The notes beneath the pieces were generated by a model. It was not told the DNA's origin. It saw only the letters and a list, made by a program, of their open reading frames with translations, and did no database searches. Shown here piece by piece: positions 1-13,300 of a stretch of DNA of 62,860 nt. Each line of letters begins with the position of its first letter. Positions within the stretch are counted from its first letter, which is position 1. The DNA is taken from assembly GCA_016748015.1 (NCBI GenBank), contig JAAOMT010000424.1, positions 19,384 to 82,243 of the forward strand, in the 5' to 3' direction. The position numbers and the translations under genes are program-made. The DNA comes from Geosiphon pyriformis uo1. Lineage: Eukaryota; Fungi; Glomeromycota.

Positions 1-395
1 TTTTTTTGCCAAATAGAAATTTTAAAACCTGTTTATTCTGAAATTCGATTTCAAAATAAAAATAGCTATATTCAAAATAGCCTTTGTTTTTTATAGTAGA
101 TTTTTTAAAAAAAAGGTTTCTTTAAATTTTTAGTTGAGAAACTCAATACGAAAATAGGATTTCATTGTATGTGAATCAAAAATATTAATGTTAATTCAAA
201 CCGACAATATTTATGTAGAAACGTTTCAACAATTATAAAAATGAAATATGGTTCATAAGCCCGTTAACAGTTTCTGTGACTTATCTTTTGTTAAACGCGA
301 TATAGATATCTTTTAATAAAAATTGAATAATTAGGCTTGAGATATTTAGTGACCTAATTAAGAGATTAAACTTATTAGGAAACAGATGGCTTCAC
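1..395 (+). repeat. Left copy of window-terminal inverted repeat
   Basis: Reverse complement of 62465-62860; identical for ~358 bp, then one substitution and one 1-bp indel up to ...GATGGCTTCAC. Confidence 0.95.
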
Positions 396-1063
396 TAATA
401 ATATTTTTAAAGGCGCCATATAAAAATGGGACCCCAATACTAATTACTCAAGATAAACAGCTTATAAGGATATTAAACACTTCTAATAGGACGTGGATGG
501 ATTCATTAAACACAACGATCCCCCCCCCAACGAGTTCACCTAATTCGGCTCATTCCAATGCTAGTAAAATTGTTGGAGTTTTGAGTAGTTCGGGTGGAAA
601 CATCGTAATATCCGAAATCCTCTTATTTTACATGCGTAAAAAGCAACCTCAGCCTCATCAAATTTTAAAACCTGGCAATTCAACCAATCTGGGTGCCCTC
701 CCGTCAACAATAGTCTTTACATCAATATCTGAAATGACAAAGGTACCAACCCCCTTAACCTGTATACAGCTTTCTCAGCTACCCTCCGTCAAATCTGGTG
801 GGCCATTGTTCAAAGCGGCCTAGACCTGCCCTTTTAAATATCCCTTATGTCGAATTTTATATGAAATATTTTGTTATTTATATAAAAAGAAAAACTATTA
901 GGATTAAAGCACAAATATACTTGCCATAAAGAGAGCCATGATAGGGTTCATTGTATTTGATTATGTTGAAATATTCTTGAATAATGAATTCATGCATCCT
1001 GAAAAGAAAGAAATCCATTAAGTTGCTGTGTGTATATTAATAGACAAGACAAACTCGACAGAG

Positions 1064-3978
1064 ACAAATGGCCAATACGTCAGTAGATGAACATACCGAA
1101 TTCAACCTTAGGGCACGCACCAAAGGGAATCCAGATGTTGCTTGACACCATATGACGCAGGAGAAAATGGCCAATACGTCAGTAGATGAACAAACCGAAT
1201 TCAACATTAGGGCACGCACCAAAGGGGAGCAAATGGCTAATACGCCAGTATATGAACATGCCGAATTCAGATTTAGAGCACGCACCAAAGGGAATCCAAA
1301 TTTTGCTTGACACCATATGACGCAGGAGCAAATGGCCAATACGTCAGTAGATGAACAAACCGAATTCAGCCTTAGAGCACGCACAAAAGGGGATCCAGAT
1401 GTTGCTTGACACCATATGACGCAGGAGCAAATGGCCAATACGCCAATAGATGAACAAACCGAAATCAACCTTTGGGCACGCACCAAAGGGAATCCAGATG
1501 TTGCTTGACACCATATGACGCAGGAGCAAATGGCCAATACGTCAGAAGATGAACATACCGAATTCAGCCTTAGGGCACGAACTAAAGGGGATCCAGATGT
1601 TGCTTGACACCATATGACGCAGGAGCAAATGGCCAATACGTCAGTAGATGAACATACTGAATTCAGCCTTAGGGCACACACCAAAGGGGATCCAGATGTT
1701 GCTTGACACCAAATGACGCAGACGCAAATTGCTAATACGTCAGTAGATGAACATACTGAATTCAACCTTAGGGCACGCACTAAAGGGGATCCAGATGTTG
1801 CTTGACACCATATGACGCAGGAGCAAATGGCCAATACGTCAGAAGATGAACATACCGAATTCAGCATTAGGGCACGCACTAAAGGGGATCCAGATGTTGC
1901 TTGACACCATATGACGCAGGAGCAAATGGCCAATACGTCAATAGATGAACATACCGAATTCAACCTTAGGGCACGCACTAAAGGGGATCCAGATGTTGCT
2001 TGACACCAAATGACGCAGACGCAAATGGCCAATACGTCAGTAGATGAACAAACCAAATTCAGCCTTAGGGCACGCACCAAAGGGGAGCAAATGGCTAATA
2101 CGCCAGTATATGAACATGCCGAATTCAGATTTAGGGCACGCACCAAAGGGAATCCAAATTTTGCTTGACACCATATGACGCAGGAGCAAATGGCCAATAC
2201 GTCAGTAGATGAACAAATCGAATTCAACCTTGGGGCACGCACCAAAGGGGAGCAAATAGCTAATACGCCAGTATATGAACATGCCGAATTCAGATTTAGG
2301 GCACGCACCAAAAGGGATCCAGATGTTGCTTGACATCATATGAACAGAGGAGCAAATGCCCAATACGTCAGTAGATGAACAAACCGAATTCAACCTTAAG
2401 GCACGCACAAATGGGGATCCAAATTTTGCTTGACATCATATGAACAGAGGAGCAAATGCCCAATACGTCAGTAGATGAACAAACCGAATTCAACCTTAGG
2501 GCACGCACCAAAGGGGATCCAAATTTTGCTTGACATCATATGAACAGAGGAGCAAATGCCCNNNNNNNNNNNNNNNNNNNNNNNNNNNNNNNNNNNNNNN
2601 NNNNNNNNNNNNNNNNNNNNNNNNNNNNNNNNNNNNNNNNNNNNNNNNNNNNNNNNNNNNNNNNNNNNNNNNNNNNNNNNNNNNNNNNNNNNNNNNNNNN
2701 NNNNNNNNNNNNNNNNNNNNNNNNNNNNNNNNNNNNNNNNNNNNNNNNNNNNNNNNNNNNNNNNNNNNNNNNNNNNNNNNNNNNNNNNNNNNNNNNNNNN
2801 NNNNNNNNNNNNNNNNNNNNNNNNNNNNNNNNNNNNNNNNNNNNNNNNNNNNNNNNNNNNNNNNNNNNNNNNNNNNNNNNNNNNNNNNNNNNNNNNNNNN
2901 NNNNNNNNNNNNNNNNNNNNNNNNNNNNNNNNNNNNNNNNNNNNNNNNNNNNNNNNNNNNNNNNNNNNNNNNNNNNNNNNNNNNNNNNNNNNNNNNNNNN
3001 NNNNNNNNNNNNNNNNNNNNNNNNNNNNNNNNNNNNNNNNNNNNNNNNNNNNNNNNNNNNNNNNNNNNNNNNNNNNNNNNNNTGAACAGAGGAGCAAATG
3101 CCCAATACGTCAGTAGATGAACAAACCGAATTCAACCTTAGGGCACGCACCAATGGGGATCCAAATTTTGCTTGACATCATATGAACAGAGGAGCAAATG
3201 CCCAATACGTCAGTAGATGAACAAACCGAATTCAACTTAGGGCACGCACCAAAGGGGATCCAAATTTTGCTTGACATCATATGAACAGAGGAGCAAATGC
3301 CCAATACGTCAGTAGATGAACAAACCGAATTCAACCTTAAGGCACGCACCAAAGGGGATCCAAATTTTGCTTGACATCATATGAACAGAGGAGCAAATGC
3401 CCAATACGTCAGTAGATGAACAAACCGAATTCAACTTTAGGGCACGCACCAAAGGGGATCCAAATTTTGCTTGACATCATATGAACAGAGGAGCAAATGC
3501 CCAATACGTCAGTAGATGAAAAACCGAATTCAACCTTAGGGCACGCACCAAAGGGGAGCAAATGGCTAATACGCCAGTAGATGAACATGCCGAATTCAGA
3601 TTTAGGGCACGCACCAAAGGGGATCCAGATGTTGCTTGACACCATATGACGCAGGAGCAAATGGCCAATACGTCAGTAGATGAACATACCGAATTCAACC
3701 TTAGGGCACGCACCAAAGGGAATCCAGATGTTGCTTGACACCATATGACGTAGGAGCAATGGCCAATACGTCAGTAGATAAACATACCAAATTCAGCTAT
3801 AGGGCACGCACCCAAGGGATCCAGATGTTGCTTGACACCATATGACGTAGGAGCAAATGACCAAAACGCCAGTGTGAAACATGTTGAAATCCTTTGAACA
3901 CGCACGTACGCACTAAATGGGATCCAAATTTTGCTCCTAACCATCTGACGCAGAAGCAAATGGCCAATACGCCAGTAG
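1064..3978. repeat. Tandem satellite of 99-, 66- and 100-bp units (N gap 2562-3082)
   Basis: Repeated GCAAATGGCCAATACGTCAGTAGATGAACAWACCGAATTCARCCTTAGGGCACGCACCAAAGGGGATCCAGATGTTGCTTGACACCATATGACGCAGGA. Confidence 0.95.
2562..3082. other. Assembly gap
   Basis: Run of N. Confidence 1.
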
Positions 3979-4596
3979 GGTTGTGCTTTACTGGGATAGT
4001 ACTCACCTAGAAAAAGATTCTTCAATAAACATTTTATAAAAAAAACCTTCTTTTAAATGACAACCTAGATAACGTTTTTTTTTATTGATTAAGCTTTTAT
4101 ATAGCATACCGTCAGAACCTTGATATTTTTGAGCTGACTAAAGTCCAACGTGAAAAAAGAAGAGTGATGAAAACATCTAGCGATTTTATAAAATTTGGAG
4201 ATCTCAGCCCCATTTGTCGATCAATCCAAATACATATTCATAACAAAGACACGAACGTGACAAATTTGGAGATCTTAGCCCCATTTGTCGATCAATTCTT
4301 TTGGATTTGAGTAAAAGCATGCTAGAGTATCATTCGATTTAGTCGAAAAATTTATATTTTTGTATGAATTCGATATTTTTCAAATATATATTTGCTAACG
4401 TATTTTCAATTGTTTAACTTGATAACATGTTACAACCAAAATATGCTCTTACATGCCATTCAAAACCAGTGTCAGAGAATCGGTTTTGAATATTTCCAGT
4501 TTTTTTATTGACAATTTACCCCTACACGAATATACCCCTTCATTATCATTGCAATCACATTATATTGTTGAAATCCAATACTCGGTCGGAGAATGT

Positions 4597-5338
4597 NNNN
4601 NNNNNNNNNNNNNNNNNNNNNNNNNNNNNNNNNNNNNNNNNNNNNNNNNNNNNNNNNNNNNNNNNNNNNNNNNNNNNNNNNNNNNNNNNNNNNNNNNNNN
4701 NNNNNNNNNNNNNNNNNNNNNNNNNNNNNNNNNNNNNNNNNNNNNNNNNNNNNNNNNNNNNNNNNNNNNNNNNNNNNNNNNNNNNNNNNNNNNNNNNNNN
4801 NNNNNNNNNNNNNNNNNNNNNNNNNNNNNNNNNNNNNNNNNNNNNNNNNNNNNNNNNNNNNNNNNNNNNNNNNNNNNNNNNNNNNNNNNNNNNNNNNNNN
4901 NNNNNNNNNNNNNNNNNNNNNNNNNNNNNNNNNNNNNNNNNNNNNNNNNNNNNNNNNNNNNNNNNNNNNNNNNNNNNNNNNNNNNNNNNNNNNNNNNNNN
5001 NNNNNNNNNNNNNNNNNNNNNNNNNNNNNNNNNNNNNNNNNNNNNNNNNNNNNNNNNNNNNNNNNNNNNNNNNNNNNNNNNNNNNNNNNNNNNNNNNNNN
5101 NNNNNNNNNNNNNNNNNNNNNNNNNNNNNNNNNNNNNNNNNNNNNNNNNNNNNNNNNNNNNNNNNNNNNNNNNNNNNNNNNNNNNNNNNNNNNNNNNNNN
5201 NNNNNNNNNNNNNNNNNNNNNNNNNNNNNNNNNNNNNNNNNNNNNNNNNNNNNNNNNNNNNNNNNNNNNNNNNNNNNNNNNNNNNNNNNNNNNNNNNNNN
5301 NNNNNNNNNNNNNNNNNNNNNNNNNNNNNNNNNNNNNN
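4597..5338. other. Assembly gap
   Basis: Run of N. Confidence 1.
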
Positions 5339-6650
5339 CAGAGGAGCAAATGCCCAATACGTCAGTAGATGAACAAACCGAATTCAACTTTAGGGCACGC
5401 ACCAAAGGGGATCCAAATTTTGCTTGACATCATATGAACAGAGGAGCAAATGCCCAATACGTCAGTAGATGAACAAACCGAATTCAACTTTAGGGCACGC
5501 ACCAAAGGGGATCCAAATTTTGCTTGACATCATATGAACAGAGGAGCAAATGCCCAATACGTCAGTAGATGAACAAACCGAATTCAACCTTAGGGCACGC
5601 ACCAAAGGGGAGCAAATGGCTAATACGCCAGTAGATGAACATGCCGAATTCAGATTTAGGGCACGCACCAAAGGGGATCCAGATGTTGCTTGACACCATA
5701 TGACGCAGGAGCAAATGGCCAATACGTCAGTAGATGAACATACCGAATTCAACCTTAGGGCACGCACCAAAGGGAATCCAGATGTTGCTTGACACCATAT
5801 GACGTAGGAGCAATGGCCAATACGTCAGTAGATAAACATACCAAATTCAGCTATAGGGCACGCACCCAAGGGATCCAGATGTTGCTTGACACCATATGAC
5901 GTAGGAGCAAATGACCAAAACGCCAGTGTGAAACATGTTGAAATCCTTTGAACACGCACGTACGCACTAAATGGGATCCAAATTTTGCTCCTAACCATCT
6001 GACGCAGAAGCAAATGGCCAATACGCCAGTAGGGTTGTGCTTTACTGGGATAGTACTCACCTAGAAAAAGATTCTTCAATAAACATTTTATAAAAAAAAC
6101 CTTCTTTTAAATGACAACCTAGATAACGTTTTTTTTTATTGATTAAGCTTTTATATAGCATACCGTCAGAACCTTGATATTTTTGAGCTGACTAAAGTCC
6201 AACGTGAAAAAAGAAGAGTGATGAAAACATCTAGCGATTTTATAAAATTTGGAGATCTCAGCCCCATTTGTCGATCAATCCAAATACATATTCATAACAA
6301 AGACACGAACGTGACAAATTTGGAGATCTTAGCCCCATTTGTCGATCAATTCTTTTGGATTTGAGTAAAAGCATGCTAGAGTATCATTCGATTTAGTCGA
6401 AAAATTTATATTTTTGTATGAATTCGATATTTTTCAAATATATATTTGCTAACGTATTTTCAATTGTTTAACTTGATAACATGTTACAACCAAAATATGC
6501 TCTTACATGCCATTCAAAACCAGTGTCAGAGAATCGGTTTTGAATATTTCCAGTTTTTTTATTGACAATTTACCCCTACACGAATATACCCCTTCATTAT
6601 CATTGCAATCACATTATATTGTTGAAATCCAATACTCGGTCGGAGAATGT
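5339..6650 (+). repeat. Near-identical direct copy of ~3286-4596 (satellite end plus unique flank)
   Basis: Offset 2054 bp; ORFs 3771-4025 and 5825-6079 translate identically; the copies flank an N gap. Confidence 0.9.
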
Positions 6651-7290
6651 CTCATTAAATTACTCGTATGAATTGGCAAGCGAGGAACAATATCTTCATT
6701 GATCGTAACACGGTATTTCTGGAATCTTTTTTTCGTCCGTAATATCAGAGAATTAACTATCTTGGTAAACTTTTTATCTCCAATACGAGGTTGTTCAAAA
6801 GTGAAAACATTCAATTGAATACTTTTTAAGAGACCTATTTTTATATTTGATTCATTTGACTTATATCCAGTATCACGTCTTATATTGTATAAATTTGAGT
6901 TATCTTGAAAGTTCTGATTCCTATCAAACTCCATTAATTCTTTTTCCGTTGGTTGACAAAAGCCCATTATCGTACGGCACATTCTTTCCGAATTTTCAAA
7001 AGTCTCGCTGGCGAATTTTAGAGCATGGAAAAGATTATAACTAATTTTAGAATGTTTAAAGATTTTATCTATAGTATTTGATTTCGAAAAAAACTTGCAA
7101 TTTAAACAAATTGAGGTTATTTGTCTGATGCTAGATCCCAACCACTCACATTGATAGTCAATTGGTTAAAGAGTTTTCTTGAATAAATTTTAAGGCTTCA
7201 TTCTTGATCGCTTTGCCAACCTCGTTCTCAGTATTTAATTTTTTGTTCTTCTGTTTTATTTGTTTTCTATTTAAAGCCCACTCTAGCCAA
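6614..7290 (-). pseudogene. Truncated or disrupted hypothetical protein gene
   Basis: 175-aa ORF plus an upstream open stretch (WLEWALNRKQIKQKNKKLNTENEVGKAIKNEALKFIQEN); CpG retained; cut at ~7290 by a gag relic; no recognised domain. Confidence 0.35.
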
Positions 7291-8245
7291 CAGTTTCAAG
7301 ACTTTTATTTCTGATCAAACATTTAACTAAAACTTATTTAGCCTATACCGTTTACTTTTTTAACCAAATATTTTCAGTTATCTTTAATTAACTACACCTT
7401 GAGTTTGAAGTTTTAAATAGCTATTTAACAATTAATTAAAACTTCTTTAAAAATTAAAAACAAAATAACTATTAAACTGCTCTTATTTTTAAGTAGTTCA
7501 GATTTTTATTCTAAACTTCAATGTCTAATATAATAAACAACCAATATTTTACTTGTTTTTCAAAAAATTCAAGCTCTTGATTAATAAAATACAATATTCT
7601 TGTTTTTATTTTAAGAAAATGTTCAAAACTCAATTGAATGACTGGAAGATATTGAAAAACAGCAACAGCCAATTAGTATAATAATAATTATAAGTTCAAG
7701 AATCTTTTGTTGCATGATTATCCAAAAACAACTGCCAATATTGCTTGATAAATTATTAAATGATTTTCAAAAAATATAAAACAAAATAATATTTTCTTTA
7801 TAATTCAATTTGAAAAAAATTTAAAACTTTTATTCTAATATTAAAGTAACAAATAAAACATAAATAAAGCATAAAAAATCCAAAAAAAATGATTATTAAA
7901 TATGCAAAAACAATTCAAAAGTTAATAAAATAAGTAGACTTTAAAAAAAACTAAACCAAAAAACAGAAAATACATTTTTATACAAAAGAATTAAAAACAA
8001 ATTTATCTTATACTTTATAATTTTTTTTGTTTTTAAAAATAATTCAACTTTAAATATAATAGTTAAATTGATTTTACATATTAAAAATATTTAACAGATT
8101 AATTTTAAATATGTTTTTTTACCAAAGACTTTTTTGTATTTGTTTTTGCTTTTCAAATAACTGTTACAACATTTACTGCTTATATTTAAGATTTTAATAA
8201 ACAATTAATAAACAATTAATAAATAAATTAATAACAAACTTAACA
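7290..8245 (+). mobile_element. Highly decayed gag fragment of the gypsy A/C family
   Basis: For example CAATTGAATGACTGGAAGATATTGAAAAACAGCAACAGCCAAT resembles 17571-17616; collinear with gag of A. Confidence 0.7.
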
Positions 8246-8649
8246 TAATATTATAGTTAAAATTAAAAATTTTTAGTTATTTTATTTATTTAATCATATT
8301 TAATTATATATATTAGTCATTAATATTTATTTTTTTTCATTTAATAAGTATAGTTTAATTATTATTTAGTATACAAAAGCAAACTAAGTAATTTTAATTA
8401 GATATAACTTATGTGCTTTCTACATATAACTAGCTATTTAGACTAATTAAAACAATACTATACATTCACAATAACTGTTATATTATTGTTTATACTTAAA
8501 AAAATAAATAAAACATATACAAATCAAAATTAACAATAAAAAATTCAATAATATTAAGCAAATAGATTATATTTATAAACAGAAAAACAGATAAACCACA
8601 TAAAAAATTAGGTATTATCTTTATATTATTAACTAAGCTACTTTTTTTC

Positions 8650-10334
8650 ATGTTAGCTCTGAATTTTAACTTAAATAATTATAATTTAATACAATATTTA
8701 TTACCCAAGTGACAAATAAAATCAATTATTATTAAAACAGTCTTTTTTTTATTATTAAAATTAATATTGTTTCTTTAATTTATTCTTTAAAAACAAAACT
8801 TTTATACAAAATTACATAAATATTAATATTTAAAATTTTCAAAAAAAATATACATAGCATTATTAATAATAATAAAAAGCAAGTCTTTATTAAAAATTTT
8901 TACAGTTTAGTATAACCAAAAAGAATATTAGAATATATAAAAGCATTTTTTAGACAAGTAAATACATAATCAAACAACTCAATATTACTATATATTAAGC
9001 ATAATACATTTAAATAGTCTCTATTATAAAGTTTTTTATAAATAGCAACTAATAATTTTTTGTAAACTGCTTTTATAAAATATATATACAAAATAATCAA
9101 AGTTTTACTAATAAACTTAATTAATATATAAGAATCTGAGTGCCAAATAGAAACAATACAATATCAATTTATGTTTTATATAAACAAATTACTTAAAATC
9201 TCTGTATTAAGACAAATTTTTTATTAAACATAACAAATAATATAATAAATATTATAAACAAAATAACAAGTATTATTTAATATAATTTAATTATTTGTTA
9301 TAATAAATCTCTTATAAATTCTAATAAAAAAAGCCAAATATAATTAAGCTATAAAGCAGACAAAAATATTTGTTCAATTATTATTAGTGTTTTCTAAGTA
9401 GTTTTTTATCTTTACTTATTTTACAAAAATGTTTTCTGACTTAATTAGATTAGCTATATAATGTCTTTTAATTCAATATCTGTTCTAAAAATTAGGCCAA
9501 AAAAACTTACTCTTTAATATATATATTTATAATAGCTTGATTATTTGTATGTAAAATTACTAAGCAAAAAAAAAATACATTCTAAAACCAAAATAATTGT
9601 TTGCAATTTTGATAATATTAAAAACAATATTTTATATATTTTGATATTTATATCCATATTAATATTAGAAAAATAAGTTTTTGTTCTATCAGTTACATTT
9701 GCAGTATCCAAATTTATTAATAGATAATTGGTGTAAATATTAATTATTTTAGTTTACAACTTATATAAATATTTATAAATATCCAAAAAAAAATTTGAAT
9801 TAAAAAAGTTTGAATAGCCAAATTTTATAACAGTTATATTATTTCTAATAGGGAAATTAATTATGTACATTGGAACTTTCTTAAACTATAAAAGTATTAA
9901 ATCTCTTAAATTTAGTTTTTTCTAATACTAAAAAGTCTTTTAATCCAAAACTAATTCTTGTTTATTTAACAAACTATCTTTAAAGACAATCCTAAAATGT
10001 TTTAAAAAATAAACTACATTAAAATAATAAAAGTTTCTTAAAATTTTGGACATTAAAAAGCAGTAAAAGTTATGAAATACATTAGGCAAATTATTAGTCA
10101 AAAAAATTTTGTTGTCTATAAAAATTTTTACAACTTTTACTAAAAAGTTATTTACAAAACTAACTTTTAATTTAACTGGATATTATAGTAAATTTATAAG
10201 CACTTAACTTAAAACTTATAAATCCAAAAAATAATAATTAAACAATTAACTAAGAATCTTAACAATATTAGAAAATACAATCACTAAAACTATCTTGGTT
10301 TTTGCTTGTACTTGTTTAAAGAATTTTTAATTAT
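8650..10334 (-). mobile_element. 3' part of old LINE (post-RT region, RNase H, CCHC), decayed
   Basis: Reverse complement aligns to the younger LINE from 38190 onward; ORF 8900-9100 LYNRDYLNVLCLIYSNIELFDYVFTC matches LYNKGYSSVLCLYCGKVESFNYFFVC; left edge approximate. Confidence 0.75.
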
Positions 10335-13300
10335 TGTTATTCATAAAAAAAAAGTACAAGAAAAAATAAAAAAAAACAGATTATAAAATAGATTAATTGA
10401 AGAATAGTACTTAATGAATAAACACAGTTTTAGAAAATCATGATATATTTTCAGAAAATTACAATACATTTTTAAAAATAAGCACATTTTCAAAAAGTAA
10501 TATAGAAAAAAAAATAAAAATATGTAAAATCTTATATAATACGAATTATATATATATGATAAGAGTATTAAAACAAAAAAAAGAACAGTAATTAGAAAAC
10601 AGAAGCTAAAAATAAATAATTATTAAATATTTCTTCCTTTAAAAAATAGTTTTCTATAACTTAAAATAGAATTATATTTACATTAATAAAATTATTTATT
10701 ATTATCCAATTTATGTTATCATTACTTGATTAAGAATCTTAATCATTTTCTTACTATAATATTTTATGTTAATAAAATATAATATTTAATCATACTAAAC
10801 CAATAGTTTTTGTTTATAGCTATTAATAAAATACTAATTTCTTATTTTTATTTTTATTTTTTTTATTTTGTTTTCTTTATAATTACTAATTAATTAAAGA
10901 AATTAAGTACTAAATAATTAATATTAAGAATAGCTTAATAAAAGACCTGTAAAATAAAAGTAAAAAACTTAAAAATAGCTTATTAAAAAGATATAACTGT
11001 TAAAATAAACTAACCATCATGCTAAAAAAAAAATTTCACAGAAAAAACTATTATTTGAATTTTTGTTTATTATATAAAAAACTCAATTAAATCTTTTAAA
11101 TACTAAAATCTTCAGATATTATTATCATTAACAGCTATTAAGCATTAAGTTACAGATTTGTTATTTGTTTTAACAATTCAAATATTCACTTATAATATTT
11201 AGTATTTCTTGTAAAATATAATTCAACAGAGAATCAACATTAATATTAACTATTTAAAAAAATAGCAGATTAAGAAACAACAAAAAAAATTATTTAAAAT
11301 TTGTAAAATTTTTATTTTAATATTACTAAATATATTTGAAATTAACAAATAATTATTGGTTTACAAAATTAATTTTCAACTTTTATGTTAACAAAAAAAT
11401 TATATACTACTTAAAAGACCAAAAATATTTAGAAACCACTATTAAAATTTTTTATATGAAATTACTACAACACACTAGTTTTTGATAAAATTATAGTTTT
11501 ATCCTAATTATTACAAAAATTAATTGCAAAATTAAAAGGTACATTCAACAAAAGTTTTTAATCATATTCATAGACAAAGACAAAAACAGAATACAAATAT
11601 TAGCAAATACACTTAAACTAATTCAACTTTCTAATTAGAAAAATCCAGAAATATTTTTTCATTATACCTATTTTATTATTATATACCAAAAAGTACTATT
11701 TATATATTATTAAGATTTATATTATTATTAACTGTAAAGACACTTATAACTTAAGTTTATTTTAAAACAATTAGAAAAAATTACAATTACTAAAAACCTA
11801 TAGTAATTATTTTAAAATATTTAAATTGTAATCAATAATTTTATTAGGACTCTAATTATTGCTATTTTAACTTAATTTCGAATCTATTAGTAATTGAGCA
11901 AAAACCAAATCAAAAAAAAAAAACAATAATCAGAAAATTAATAATCAAAACTTAATTTTAAATAACTCAAAAATTCAAACTCTAATTGTTTAAACTTAAA
12001 AAAATCTGAATAATCCAAACTCAATTCTTATTTTTTAACAAAATTTACTTCTATTTATCTGAATTAATCTATTAATTGTACTAATAGTTGTTTTTTAACA
12101 ATTATAACAATAATAAATACTTGCACCAATCACCAAATTCGATAAATTTAATACTAAAAAAACAATATTTAAGTCTAACTAAATAATATGACAAAAACTA
12201 TTATAGTCAACAGATGAGATAATATTAAAACTCTTTAAGCAATTTTATACTTTTTACAAAATACTGCAGATTTATAGTGTTAAAGTTTAATAAACAAGCC
12301 ACTGGATTTCAATGTATTCAAAATTGCATTTTTACAATACTTTAATAATCATAATAGAATTAATTATCTGTTAACTAGTTTTACTACAATTAAACAAAAT
12401 GATAATAAAGCAGTTATTACTTACTTAAAATGCTTCTATAAGAATCTATACTAAATTCAAGCAGTTAATACTGACTACTTTACAGTATTACAAATCTTGA
12501 ATCAATTTATTTATAAATTATATAGTAGTTTATTATAATAAGTATACTTATTACACCCAAACACATTCCAAAACATAGTTACTTATGTCAAAAATTTTGA
12601 ATTGGTTGAGTTCAAAACTAATTATATTCAAATTATAAATCTAGTAATGAATAGATCATCTAAATTGAATACCAAATTGAAGCAATTTGAAAAATCAATT
12701 AATCAGAAAATTAAAGAATACTTAATTAACAATTAGATAATTTATTAGTTTTTTTAATGTTATAACAATTCAGAAAACTATAATTGTGACATAAATCAGA
12801 TATATATGTTATTATTAGCATCAACAAATTAACTATAACAGCAAGAAATACATATCTGTTACTATTGTCATAAGCAAAAACATATTAAAACAGACTGCTA
12901 TTTAAAAATAAATTACCAATAATCAAAAAATCAATATCAAAAACCCTAATTTCCAATTTCAAACACCAAATTATGTTAATAATTTGTTAAAGCCACAATA
13001 ATACTAATCTCAGTATGCACAAATAATATATTAGCCAATATATATATCTTTAATGTATTAAGTTTTAACATCTATAATTTATTAATTATTCTAAATTCAA
13101 ATAGTTTATTAATTCTAATTAGTTTAAACACTATTTTAAAATACTGTGTTAATATTAATTAGAAGCCAAAAACTAAAAATTACTTATACTCAACAGAATT
13201 GAAAATTGGTAATAATTATATACCAACTAATTTCCAATTCTTTAAACCAGTTTTTAGGATTATGCCAATAAAATTCAGAAAATAAGTATACTTAAAATCT

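Noticed and set aside
386-823. 145-aa ORF beside the left repeat
   Set aside because: No recognisable motif, and the antisense frame is broken by stops; unsupported.
4191-4296. 35-bp direct repeat pair AAATTTGGAGATCTYAGCCCCATTTGTCGATCAAT
   Set aside because: Only two copies and no functional context; looks like a local duplication.
2468-5427. Long ORFs made of X
   Set aside because: These are translations of N gaps.
1064-6032. CRISPR array, ankyrin-repeat gene or hammerhead ribozyme array
   Set aside because: No unique spacers or cas genes. The 33-aa period lacks the ankyrin consensus and all plus frames contain stops. No CUGAnGA/GAAA core.
3286-6650. Real tandem segmental duplication
   Set aside because: Near-identical copies on either side of an N gap are typical of unmerged contig overlap.
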